DNA of 32,000 nucleotides from the NCBI GenBank assembly GCA_963708565.1, contig CAVPTU010000036.1:81759-113758 (forward strand), given 5' to 3'. Below the pieces are notes generated by a model. It saw nothing but the letters and a program-made list of their open reading frames with translations, did not search any database and was not told where the DNA came from. Below, in pieces: positions 24,228 to 32,000 of this stretch. Within the stretch, counting starts at the first letter, position 1. Each line of letters opens with the position of its first letter. A program made the position numbers and the translations under genes. This DNA comes from an uncultured Alphaproteobacteria bacterium. Its GTDB lineage: Bacteria > Pseudomonadota > Alphaproteobacteria > Acetobacterales > Acetobacteraceae.

Positions 24228-25354
24228 TTGAGACGATCCTCACCGACGCCATCCTGGTCCTGCCCGATACGACCCTGCACGGAACACTGGTGGTGCGCGA
24301 CGGCCGTATCTCGGAGGTACAGCCGGGCCGTTCCGCCACAGCCGCCGCCAACGACCTGGACGGCGACTACCTGATACCGGGCATCGTCGATACCCACACC
24401 GACAATCTGGAGCGACAGGTGCAGCCGCGCTCGCTTGCACGCTGGCCGTCGCGCTCCGCGATGGTCGCGCATGACGCGCAATGCGCCGCGGCCGGCGTCA
24501 CCACGGTGTTCGACGCGCTGTGTCTCGGCGATCTCGGCTTCGACAAGGAGCGGATGCGCACCTTCCAGGATGGCGTGGTCGATCTCGATGCGCTGAACGA
24601 TGCAGGTCTGCTGAAGTCCGAGCACTTCCTGCACCTGCGCTGCGAGGTCCCGGCGCTGGACATGCTGGCGCTGTTCGACACCGTCGCCGACCACGCGCTG
24701 GTGCGCATCGTCAGCCTGATGGATCACAGCCCCGGCGTGGGGCAGTATGCCGATCTCGACTTTTACCGCGCGCTGCGGCGTCGCGGAGGGCTGGACGACG
24801 CCTATATCGACCAGCGTATCGCCGAATTGCAGACGCAGCGCGAACGGATGCGCATTCCCAACCGCCGCGCCCTGCTCGAGCGCATCGCGGGGCGCGGCAT
24901 CGCCATCGCCAGCCATGACGACAGGACCGAGCAGGAAGTCGCGGAGAACGCCGCCGATGGCATCGGCATCAGCGAGTTCCCCGTCACCATGGAGGCGGCA
25001 CAGGCCGCGAAGGCGGCTGGCATGCAGGTCATAGCGGGTGCACCGAACATCGTGCGCGGCGGCTCGCATTCCGGCAACGTCGCCGCCGCCGCTTTGCTGG
25101 AAAGCGGCGCGGTCGATGCCTTCGCGTCCGATTACGTGCCGAACAGCCTGGTCGAGGCGGCGTTTCAGTGTGCGCAGAGCATCGGGTTGCCGCCAGCGGT
25201 TGCGCTGGTCACGGACAGGCCGGCGCGGCTTGCCGGACTGAATGATCGGGGCAGGCTGGAACCCGGGCAGCGCGCCGATCTGGTGCGCGTTCGGCTGCAT
25301 CAGGGATTGCCTGTGGTAAGGCAGGTCTGGCGGACCGGCGAGCGCGTTGCCTGA
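24224..25354 (+). CDS. phnM: alpha-D-ribose 1-methylphosphonate 5-triphosphate diphosphatase PhnM
   Basis: 376 aa amidohydrolase: PGIVDTHTDNLE, LMDHSPG, ASHDD, NIVRGGSHSGN, SDYVP. Collinear with E. coli PhnM. Confidence 0.92.
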   Translation: MIETILTDAILVLPDTTLHGTLVVRDGRISEVQPGRSATAAANDLDGDYLIPGIVDTHTDNLERQVQPRSLARWPSRSAMVAHDAQCAAAGVTTVFDALCLGDLGFDKERMRTFQDGVVDLDALNDAGLLKSEHFLHLRCEVPALDMLALFDTVADHALVRIVSLMDHSPGVGQYADLDFYRALRRRGGLDDAYIDQRIAELQTQRERMRIPNRRALLERIAGRGIAIASHDDRTEQEVAENAADGIGISEFPVTMEAAQAAKAAGMQVIAGAPNIVRGGSHSGNVAAAALLESGAVDAFASDYVPNSLVEAAFQCAQSIGLPPAVALVTDRPARLAGLNDRGRLEPGQRADLVRVRLHQGLPVVRQVWRTGERVA

Positions 25355-26037
25355 TGGCTCCGGACGCGCGTGTCGCGGTGTATTACGCGCCCCTTGCCGA
25401 CGATCCATTGACCGCGGCGGCGGCATGCTGGCTGGGCCGCGATCCGGCGAGCGACGCGCCGGTTTCACATCCGGACATTGCGAATATCGCGGAGGTCACC
25501 GCGGAACCGCGCCTCTACGGATTTCACGCGACGCTGAAGCCGCCGATGCGGCTGGCCGGCGGGGGCGGATGGGACGATGTCGTTGCAGCGGCAACCATGC
25601 TGGCCGGCCGCATTGCGCCGTTTGATCTGCCGGGGCTTTCCGTGCAGGACGTGTTCGGCTTCCTTGCCTTGCGCGAGACTGCGGCCAGCCCTCCGTTGCA
25701 GGCGCTGGCCGACGCCTGCGTCGAACACCTCGATGCCTTCCGCGCGCCGCCATCCGAGACCGAGCTTGCCCGGCGTCGTCGCGCCAATCTCACTCCGCGC
25801 CAGGACGAAATGCTGATCCGCTGGGGCTATCCCTACGTGTTCGACACCTGGTTCTTCCACATGACCCTGACGCGCCGGCTGAGCGATGCCGAAAAGCGCG
25901 TCTTCATGCCGGCCGCCGAGTTGCACCTCGCGCGGGCGATTGCGACGCCGCGCCGGGTCGAGGACATCTGCCTGTTCGTGCAGCCGGCGCCCGGCGCACC
26001 GTTCGTCATCCGAGAGCGGCTGCCGCTGCGCGGTTGA
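25354..26037 (+). CDS. DUF1045 / 2H-phosphoesterase-like phosphonate-metabolism protein (candidate PhnP substitute)
   Basis: Two H-x-T motifs: GFHATLKPP (His codon 25525-25527) and FFHMTLTRRL (His codon 25858-25860). Its start overlaps the phnM stop (TGATG). Confidence 0.8.
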   Translation: MAPDARVAVYYAPLADDPLTAAAACWLGRDPASDAPVSHPDIANIAEVTAEPRLYGFHATLKPPMRLAGGGGWDDVVAAATMLAGRIAPFDLPGLSVQDVFGFLALRETAASPPLQALADACVEHLDAFRAPPSETELARRRRANLTPRQDEMLIRWGYPYVFDTWFFHMTLTRRLSDAEKRVFMPAAELHLARAIATPRRVEDICLFVQPAPGAPFVIRERLPLRG

Positions 26038-26533
26038 GCGCCGCGAGGAAGCCCGCGATCGCATCGCCCAGCGGTCCATCGTTGACGACGGTTTCCAGCG
26101 GAATGTCGGCGGGTATCGCGATGCTGCGCGCCAGCCGTGCGGCGACGTCGGTCGCATCCTCCCTGGCGCGTGACGCGAGCCGGGCTGCGCGGACGTGGCG
26201 CGACGCTGTCACCTCGATCACGCGCACCGGAAATTGCCTGGCCGCTTCGGCAATGATTGTGCGTGAGACGTTGGCGACCGTGACAATGCCCGCAGTGACC
26301 GCATCCGCCGGAATGCCATAACGCAGCCCATGCGCCTGCCATTGCAGTGCAAAGTCCCGCTTGAGGAATTCTGCCTCGGTGACCGGCTCATGTGCCTCGC
26401 CGCCGGCATCGGCGGCCCGCGTGACAACGCGGCGGACAAAATGGAACCGGGCATCGTCCGCCAGCGCCTGCCTCGCCGCATCGAGCAGAGTATCCTTCCC
26501 TGCCCCGCTCGGACCCACCACCAGAACCAGCAT
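26006..26533 (-). CDS. phnN: ribose 1,5-bisphosphate phosphokinase PhnN
   Basis: MLVLVVGPSGAGKDTLL P-loop at ATG 26533 (GGAG 8 nt upstream), guanylate-kinase-like fold, 175 aa. The 3' end overlaps the DUF1045 3' end by 32 nt (convergent). Confidence 0.88.
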   Translation of the reverse strand: MLVLVVGPSGAGKDTLLDAARQALADDARFHFVRRVVTRAADAGGEAHEPVTEAEFLKRDFALQWQAHGLRYGIPADAVTAGIVTVANVSRTIIAEAARQFPVRVIEVTASRHVRAARLASRAREDATDVAARLARSIAIPADIPLETVVNDGPLGDAIAGFLAALNRAAAAALG

Positions 26534-26652
26534 TGGCGTCTCCAGATCCGCGCCCTGAGAGATGGCGCGCCGCCGACGGCTGTGCTCACGCCGCATGGCT
26601 GGGCTCGGCCCAGCCATCCACGTCTTCTCTCGGCGCGTGCGGCAAGACGTGA

Positions 26653-26673
26653 ATGGCCGAACACTTCGGCCAT
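26653..26673. promoter_or_regulatory. perfect inverted repeat ATGGCCGAA-CAC-TTCGGCCAT between the Nudix gene stop and the phnN start
   Basis: 9-bp arms at 26653-26661 and 26665-26673. Function unknown; could be an operator or an RNA hairpin. Confidence 0.3.
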
Positions 26674-26718
26674 GACAGTCGAAGGGGCGCAGTGAGTCAT
26701 GTGCCTTGAGAACTGGTA

Positions 26719-27180
26719 TTAGTGGGCCACGAATTCATGCTCGATGAGGATTTGGCCAGTTGCAGCTCGGAGAATGTCGGCGAGACCTGCCGGAGCAACC
26801 AGCAGCGAAGCTTCAGCGAGTGCGAACCACTTGGTTTCCCGTTGCGATCTCTCCGGCCATTTGCGAAGCTGTCGTTCGACCGAAAACAGAAACACGGAAA
26901 CCTCGTATACCGTTGCCCTGCGCGAATTCCGCGGCTTCTCATACCGATAGAAACCGAAAGGTTCGTCGCCAACAATAGTGCCAATTAGGCCCGCTTCTTC
27001 GTACGCCTCTCTTGCGGCTGTCGCGGCTGCCGTCAGATCTCGGATAGGCCATCCTTTAGGAATGATCCAGGCTCGTCGCCCTCGGGTTGTGACGAGTAGA
27101 ACTCTTATCTCGCCATCCTTGGTGATCGAGAATGGCAGCGCACCATATTGGTGCCGGATCGTGCTGTCGGCTGTGTCCAT
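26719..27180 (-). CDS. NUDIX hydrolase
   Basis: 153 aa. IPKGWPIRDLTAAATAAREAYEEAGL contains the REx2EExGU core of the Nudix box. Lower GC than its neighbours. Confidence 0.85.
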   Translation of the reverse strand: MDTADSTIRHQYGALPFSITKDGEIRVLLVTTRGRRAWIIPKGWPIRDLTAAATAAREAYEEAGLIGTIVGDEPFGFYRYEKPRNSRRATVYEVSVFLFSVERQLRKWPERSQRETKWFALAEASLLVAPAGLADILRAATGQILIEHEFVAH

Positions 27181-27255
27181 CGTGTTCTCAAGGCGTAACC
27201 GTCACCTCCAAAGCATGTTCGTCCGCGTCGGTGCAACCCCCACCCCGCTGGCTCG

Positions 27256-28866
27256 CTAACCGGGCCAGAATGTAGGCATGGCCTTGAAGTAGCGCCAATG
27301 CTTTCGGAGAGTCCGCCCGACTTCGATCCGATCGCGTGCCTGCCAGCCCATAATTGCGCCAATCGTCCGCTGCACCTCCGGCGTGGCCGGATCACGCGCG
27401 AGGGTGTAGAGAAACGGCCAGGTCATCGATGCATCGTTGTCGTGCCCGAGTGCATCCTGTAGTCCTGCCAGGCATCCGAAATAGCCCTTGGCCTCAGCAC
27501 CCTCGCCTCGCAGTCCTTGGAAGAACTCGGTGGCATAGCGAAGCTTCTTCAGGGCAATCCGAAGCTGGTGACGAGCCTCGGGGCGAAGGTGGCGGAAATG
27601 CGCGCCCCGCCTCAAGGCTTTGCCGTGCAGCCTTGTCAGAGCCCGGCCGGCAAATGCCGGAGCAGGTTCCAGCAACACCGCCAGCGACCTGCTTTCCAAC
27701 TCGTTGCGCCAGCCTTTGGATTCGATCCAATGACGGAGCGACAGCTGGAACCGGCTATAGCGCTTGCTCGCAAGGGTTTCCCGTAGGGCGGCGTAGGCCA
27801 TGGCGCGATAAGGCTCGGCTGCCTGGCGCAGGCCGTCGAAGTTCACAATTTCCGCCGAGAGGGCTGCCGAGGGTCCGCTCAGCGTTTCCGTGATGAACAC
27901 GTCCCAGTCGCGCGCTGCGCCGAGCAGCTTCGCCAGCCATTTCGCCTCACCGCTGAAGGCCCCAAGCGTTGGCGAACCCAACTCGCCGCGCAGCAACGCA
28001 CAGGTCGTCCGAAGGCGACGCAGCGCAACCCGCATCTGATGCACACCCTCAGGGTCGCGTCCGCTCTCGGCAATCACCTGATTCGCCAGGAGCTGGCGCT
28101 GGCAGGCATCAAGCAGCTCCCCTATGATGTCATCGACCGTGTGTTCGCTGGTGATGGCCGGCGCTGTTGCCTTCGTAGCCGTCGGCTCCAGACCGAACGC
28201 CAGGCAATAACCGCGATCTGCCTTGCTCTGAGTGCCGATCCTGAGTGGCGCGATCTCGAGCAGCTCGATGCCGAGATCGTACAGAACCCGAGGGTCGCCG
28301 ACCTTCACCTCGATCTCGACTTCGGTCAGCGGCTCGCAACGCTCACCGGCTTCGATGGATCCTTCGTCGAAGGCGACTTCGACGACGGCTCTGGCGAGCT
28401 CAAGGCGCTGCGTCCGCCGACGAACCTTTGTCGCGAAGATCGGATCGAGAGCGCCGGCGGGAACCTTGTCCAGGGGGTCTCCAATCTCGGACACCGGCAG
28501 CGACGCGAGATTGGGCATCGGGCCGTCGACAGACGTTTCCCACTCACCGCGAACGAAGGGATGTCCGTTGACTGGAGCCCTCTTGAGGGTTTGCACATAG
28601 CCGCCACCGCTGCGCCTGATGCGCAGCGACATGCCATGGCTGAACAGGGTACGATCCGGCGTGTCAAAGTAGACTGATTCAATTCGGCGAACCACGCCTC
28701 CGTTACGGGCATGGCGCGCAATGACTGACGCCTCGCGTACCTGGTCAAGGGCTCCCGCGGGGGCAAGCAGTTTGAGTTCGACTTCGTCGTCGTCGCCAGG
28801 TCGCGGAGCGACCGGCTCGCCTGAGGCGTCATTCCGTGACGCCCGCATTCGCTGCGTGTTCAGCAT
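27256..28866 (-). CDS. CYTH-domain plus CHAD-domain protein (triphosphate tunnel metalloenzyme fused to a polyphosphate-granule-associated domain)
   Basis: N-terminal EVELKLL (ExExK) followed by a CYTH-like beta pattern. C-terminal CHAD-like helical repeats HQMRVALRRLRT and HQLRIALKKLRYATEFF. 536 aa. Confidence 0.85.
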   Translation of the reverse strand: MLNTQRMRASRNDASGEPVAPRPGDDDEVELKLLAPAGALDQVREASVIARHARNGGVVRRIESVYFDTPDRTLFSHGMSLRIRRSGGGYVQTLKRAPVNGHPFVRGEWETSVDGPMPNLASLPVSEIGDPLDKVPAGALDPIFATKVRRRTQRLELARAVVEVAFDEGSIEAGERCEPLTEVEIEVKVGDPRVLYDLGIELLEIAPLRIGTQSKADRGYCLAFGLEPTATKATAPAITSEHTVDDIIGELLDACQRQLLANQVIAESGRDPEGVHQMRVALRRLRTTCALLRGELGSPTLGAFSGEAKWLAKLLGAARDWDVFITETLSGPSAALSAEIVNFDGLRQAAEPYRAMAYAALRETLASKRYSRFQLSLRHWIESKGWRNELESRSLAVLLEPAPAFAGRALTRLHGKALRRGAHFRHLRPEARHQLRIALKKLRYATEFFQGLRGEGAEAKGYFGCLAGLQDALGHDNDASMTWPFLYTLARDPATPEVQRTIGAIMGWQARDRIEVGRTLRKHWRYFKAMPTFWPG

Positions 28867-28871
28867 TTGCC

Positions 28872-29114
28872 CTAAGGTGCAGGATGAATGATGAAGATTC
28901 TATGACGCGCCTGGATTCGGCGCAAGCGAGCTGTGACGGACCTGTCCCGGATCGCGGATCGGAAGATTTTTTTTGCGATGTCGGTACAGGAGCGGTGCCC
29001 GATCGCATCGAAGCGAGCGTCGAGAAGCGCCTCGGTCTTCTCGATGCCAGGCGTGCGCAGCCGCGACAGGAAGGCTTTGTCGGCATTCAACTTCGACGAG
29101 GCGCCCAGCTTCAT
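28872..29114 (-). CDS. small hypothetical protein upstream of the CYTH/CHAD gene
   Basis: ATG 29114: MKLGASSKLNADKAFLSRLRTPGIEKTEALLDARFDAIGHRSCTDIAKKIF... Third positions are G/C-rich in the first two thirds. Ends 5 nt before the next start. Contains an A8 run (minus strand, 28966-28973). Confidence 0.45.
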   Translation of the reverse strand: MKLGASSKLNADKAFLSRLRTPGIEKTEALLDARFDAIGHRSCTDIAKKIFRSAIRDRSVTARLRRIQARHRIFIIHPAP

Positions 29115-29193
29115 CAGACTGCCGCATGACGGCGTGGTCGGGATCGGGCGGATCGTCGAGATCTGAGTTGGAGCGTTGTCATGCCCTGTTCTG

Positions 29194-29697
29194 TCAGCGG
29201 TCACGCCTGGCCTGGGCCACCTTGACCGCTTGCGAGGTGCGGCCGATCTCGCGCGGATCGGTCTTTGCCGTCGGTCGCCGGCTGGACTTCGGCTGCATGC
29301 CCTTGGATGGCGTCCGGCCAGGGCCCGGATGCTGGGGGGCAGGCACCGCGCGCGCTACAGCCGCGGCTTTGCGCGCCGTAGGGGTTGGTGCATTGAGTTT
29401 TCGGAGCGCCGCAGTCACCCGCGTCAGTGCATCGACCAGCACCCGCGCCTTCTCTTCAGTCCCAGTGTTGTCGCGAGCAGGCGAGGCGGCTCTGGATTTT
29501 GCTTTGCCGCGCATCTCGCGCTTCTGTTGATGCCCGATCCGCCGCGCCCGGTCACGCGCTTCGCGCAGGCGCTTACCTAGCGACCGCAGCTCCTCTTTGG
29601 ACAGCTGGGTGATCCTCCCAGGCATCGTCTGCTCCACCATCTCCCGCTCTACGATGCTGAGCAGGCGGTCTTCCGGGCTCGAGTTCGCGCTCATCAA
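29194..29697 (-). CDS. hypothetical basic protein, probably disordered
   Basis: 167-aa ORF: ...ITQLSKEELRSLGKRLREARDRARRIGHQQKREMRGKAKSR... Lys/Arg-rich. Confidence 0.55.
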   Translation of the reverse strand: MMSANSSPEDRLLSIVEREMVEQTMPGRITQLSKEELRSLGKRLREARDRARRIGHQQKREMRGKAKSRAASPARDNTGTEEKARVLVDALTRVTAALRKLNAPTPTARKAAAVARAVPAPQHPGPGRTPSKGMQPKSSRRPTAKTDPREIGRTSQAVKVAQARRDR

Positions 29698-29849
29698 CGT
29701 CTCCGATCAAACAAGGGTGTTGCAGCAATTATGGCTATGCGCTGGCTTGCGGACCATCGCACCCTTCGTATAGAGCGTCCATCAGCGGGCCGGATGAGTG
29801 GCCTCAGACCGTAGTACAACTTGCCTACGGCCTGGTCGTATCCGCTCTG

Positions 29850-30599
29850 TCAGTGCCGGACGTCGATCCAGTCGTCGGTGAACGGTCGATGCATGAACGT
29901 CGCCCAAACAAAATTCATCGAATAGCGGAGCCCGATCCGCCACAACCCCTCCTCGAGGAGCCGCCGCCCCGACGACAGCGCTGGCAGCTGGAAGGTGAAC
30001 TTGACCGCACCAACGGTGTTAAGCCGACACGCCAGATCCGTGTCCTCTCCGTAGAAGCTGAATATTGAACTGTAGCCCCCGATTTGCTCAAGCGCCGTAC
30101 GGCGCACGACGAAATTGCCACCCTGCAGTAGCGAACCGGCACGCAGCACAAACCGGTTCAGAACATAAAATCCATATCCCATCAAATAGAATGCGCGCAC
30201 CGCGGCTCGCGTGGTCTTCGGCACATCGTAATAGATGTACGGCCCGCTCAGCGCCACCAGGTCAGGACGCTGTTTGAACTCCTCCAGCACGCGGTTCAGC
30301 CAACCTTCGGTGACGATGGTGTCGGCGTCCACATTCGCAATCAAATCGCCACGCGCGTGTGTGAAGCCGGTCTGGCGCGCCTGTACGAGGCCCTTTATGG
30401 GTTCGTCGACAAGTATGACCTCGGGAAACCCGGCCGCCAGTTCCCTTGTACCATCGGTGCTTGCATTGTTGACAACTATGACCTCTCCCGTGCAATCAGA
30501 CCGTGCCAATTCAGCAATGATCCCGATCAGCGTCTGCGCCAGATGCTTCTCCTCGTTGTACGCCGGCACAACAAAACTGATTGTCATATGGTCAGTCAC
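29850..30599 (-). CDS. family 2 glycosyltransferase
   Basis: ISFVVPAYNEEKHL, VIVVNNASTDGT and DADT (DxD) motifs. 249 aa. Its start overlaps the upstream stop. Confidence 0.88.
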   Translation of the reverse strand: MTDHMTISFVVPAYNEEKHLAQTLIGIIAELARSDCTGEVIVVNNASTDGTRELAAGFPEVILVDEPIKGLVQARQTGFTHARGDLIANVDADTIVTEGWLNRVLEEFKQRPDLVALSGPYIYYDVPKTTRAAVRAFYLMGYGFYVLNRFVLRAGSLLQGGNFVVRRTALEQIGGYSSIFSFYGEDTDLACRLNTVGAVKFTFQLPALSSGRRLLEEGLWRIGLRYSMNFVWATFMHRPFTDDWIDVRH

Positions 30600-31783
30600 T
30601 CAGCTGAACTCCCATTGACCACGGAGCGATAGAGACTTTCCCACCCATCGGTGACCGTTCCGATATTGTATCTCTCGGCGCACAGCCTGCCGGCCGATCC
30701 CAACTGGCGCCGCCGTTCCGGGGAGGTGAGCAGATCCCCGAGTGCCCGAGCCAGTTGCCCGGGATCGTGTGGGTCCACAAGAACGCCGTTGGCGGGTCCG
30801 ACGAACTCCGGCAACGCTCTGGCATTGACGGCGACCACTGGAACGCCAGACGCCATTGCCTGCATCATAACCATGCTCTGGGTCTCGCTCGTGCTCATGA
30901 TCGCGAAAACGTCGCTGATACGTAATACTTGCGCCAATTCATCCTGCGGCAGCGTTCCAAGGAACCTTGCCTGCTGGGCAATTCCCAACTCCCTTGCCAA
31001 CGCCCGTAAGGTTGGTTCCTGTGAGCCGTGCCCGGCAATGGCCAATTCAGCGGCGACGCCGATGTCTCGCAGCATCGCCACCGCGCGCAGTAGCACCTCG
31101 ACGTTCTTCTCCGGCCCCAGTCGGCCGGCATACGTGATGGTTGGGGCGGATAGCCGAAATCTTGCCCGCACGGCGATGCAGTCATCGGCGTGCACCGGTG
31201 CAAACAGGTCAGTGTCGATCGGATTGGAGATCACATGATACGGTTGCCGGAGCCGGCCAGAACCAAGTTCGTCGAACACCGAACGGGACGGCGCCGTGAC
31301 GAGAGCGCAGCGATTGTAGAACCATGATACATATGCCGTCGCCCAATGGACGCTGATTGGTATATGGGGACCAAAGCCCGCAATTGTCGTGTGATTAGTG
31401 CCGATGATAGGGATTCCCAGACGGGCACCAGTCAGCAATGCCTCAAGGCCGATGCCGAAGAAGGAATGCGTATGGACTACGTCGGGCTTCGTTCGACGCG
31501 CAAGTGCTGTTCTCCCGGCGATCGGCGATAGTAGCGCAGCACGGGACTGCCGCGTGGAACTCGGAAATGGTAACGAGGCCCGCCTGTACACACGGACATT
31601 GGCCCCCAGATCAGGTTCACGCACCTCGGACCCGACCCGACGGTAGTTCCGTCGTGCGTAACGCGGCGCGTAGATGTCGATATAGTGTCCTCGTTTAGCC
31701 AGGGAGCGACTGATGGTTGCAATTGAGTCCTGGATCCCGCCCAGTTCGGGGAAAAAGAAATCAGTGAACATCGCGACCCTCAC
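30596..31783 (-). CDS. family 4 (GT-B, Glycos_transf_1) glycosyltransferase
   Basis: GTG start MRVAMFTDFFFPELGGIQ. C-terminal SETQSMVMMQAMASGVPVVA matches the E-x7-E region. 395 aa. Confidence 0.88.
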   Translation of the reverse strand: MRVAMFTDFFFPELGGIQDSIATISRSLAKRGHYIDIYAPRYARRNYRRVGSEVREPDLGANVRVYRRASLPFPSSTRQSRAALLSPIAGRTALARRTKPDVVHTHSFFGIGLEALLTGARLGIPIIGTNHTTIAGFGPHIPISVHWATAYVSWFYNRCALVTAPSRSVFDELGSGRLRQPYHVISNPIDTDLFAPVHADDCIAVRARFRLSAPTITYAGRLGPEKNVEVLLRAVAMLRDIGVAAELAIAGHGSQEPTLRALARELGIAQQARFLGTLPQDELAQVLRISDVFAIMSTSETQSMVMMQAMASGVPVVAVNARALPEFVGPANGVLVDPHDPGQLARALGDLLTSPERRRQLGSAGRLCAERYNIGTVTDGWESLYRSVVNGSSAE

Positions 31784-32000
31784 CTACCGACACCCCAGAT
31801 GCAGTCGGCGTTGCGGAGGACCTGGAAGATGGCCGCACCGCCCAACGTGCACAAAACGATCGTTCCTCCAATCAAGTGGTGTTCGAATAGCGCATAGTAG
31901 TCGCTCGCAAAGTAGCCGAAGCCAAATAGCGCGGCGCACTTCGGAATGCTCGCCAGCAGGTTCACCAGAATGAAGCGTGCCAGCGGCAAGCGCAGTACAC
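31780..32000 (-). CDS. DedA/SNARE-associated family membrane protein, C-terminal part (gene starts beyond the right edge)
   Basis: The frame stays open to base 32000 upstream of the TTG assumed by the track: ...RLPLARFILVNLLASIPKCAALFGFGYFA... Hydrophobic. Its stop overlaps the GT4 start (GTGA). Confidence 0.6.
   Translation of the reverse strand, partial: VLRLPLARFILVNLLASIPKCAALFGFGYFASDYYALFEHHLIGGTIVLCTLGGAAIFQVLRNADCIWGVGR

Noticed and set aside
23906-25468. 520-aa minus-strand ORF, with similar long antisense ORFs at 21047..21838, 21793..22677, 22900..23529, 23526..24158, 13288..14085 and 17790..18416
   Set aside because: All lie opposite genes with unambiguous homology (phnI/J/K/L/M, int, the phnM paralogue). 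Their products are Arg/Ala/Gly/Pro-rich low-complexity sequences typical of high-GC antisense frames.
28966-28973. The A8/T8 homopolymer as a phase-variation switch in the small ORF upstream of the CYTH/CHAD gene
   Set aside because: It is a single short tract, and the alternative frames give no more convincing product. There is no supporting evidence, so it is only noted in the feature evidence.

Overview
GC-rich bacterial chromosome. Gene content and protein style look like an alphaproteobacterium of the Bradyrhizobium/Rhodopseudomonas type; that is an inference, since no search was possible. The window has two parts.

(1) About 1-14673 is an integrated, P4/PICI-like mobile element, and its left end is not in the window. 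All of its clearly element-type genes are on the minus strand. From the right end inward they are: a tyrosine integrase, a hypothetical gene, an AlpA-type excisionase/regulator, two hypothetical genes, an AEP-like primase with a PriCT-like tail, and a DUF3987 helicase-like gene. The DUF3987 gene is broken by one in-frame TGA and one frameshift. Next come a roughly 490-bp non-coding control region and a five-gene operon: putative small terminase, large terminase, and three unknown ORFs. I recognise no portal or capsid gene. Further left are a triplicated gene fragment, a lower-GC SAM-methyltransferase cassette and several small ORFs. The element ends at a 3' fragment of tRNA-Asn(GUU) (14621-14673, attR-like), preceded by a dense array of TGTTGC-type repeats.

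(2) 14674-32000 is a phosphorus-themed chromosomal region. It holds an orphan pstS, a dodecin gene, and a C-P lyase locus: phnF and a decayed phnM paralogue on the minus strand, phnGHIJKLM plus DUF1045 on the plus strand, and a convergent phnN. These are followed by a Nudix hydrolase, a CYTH+CHAD protein, two small unknown genes, and a DedA-GT4-GT2 operon.

The most notable observations are reading-frame lesions the ORF track hides. phnJ loses its Cys-bearing C-terminus at about 22612. phnG has a masked frameshift at about 19808. The second phnM has at least 3 frameshifts. I cannot tell real decay from indel-type assembly error using sequence alone. I found no CRISPR array, rRNA, IS element or recognisable defence system. 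The best candidate for something new is the terminase-carrying, satellite-like element and its three unknown operon genes.
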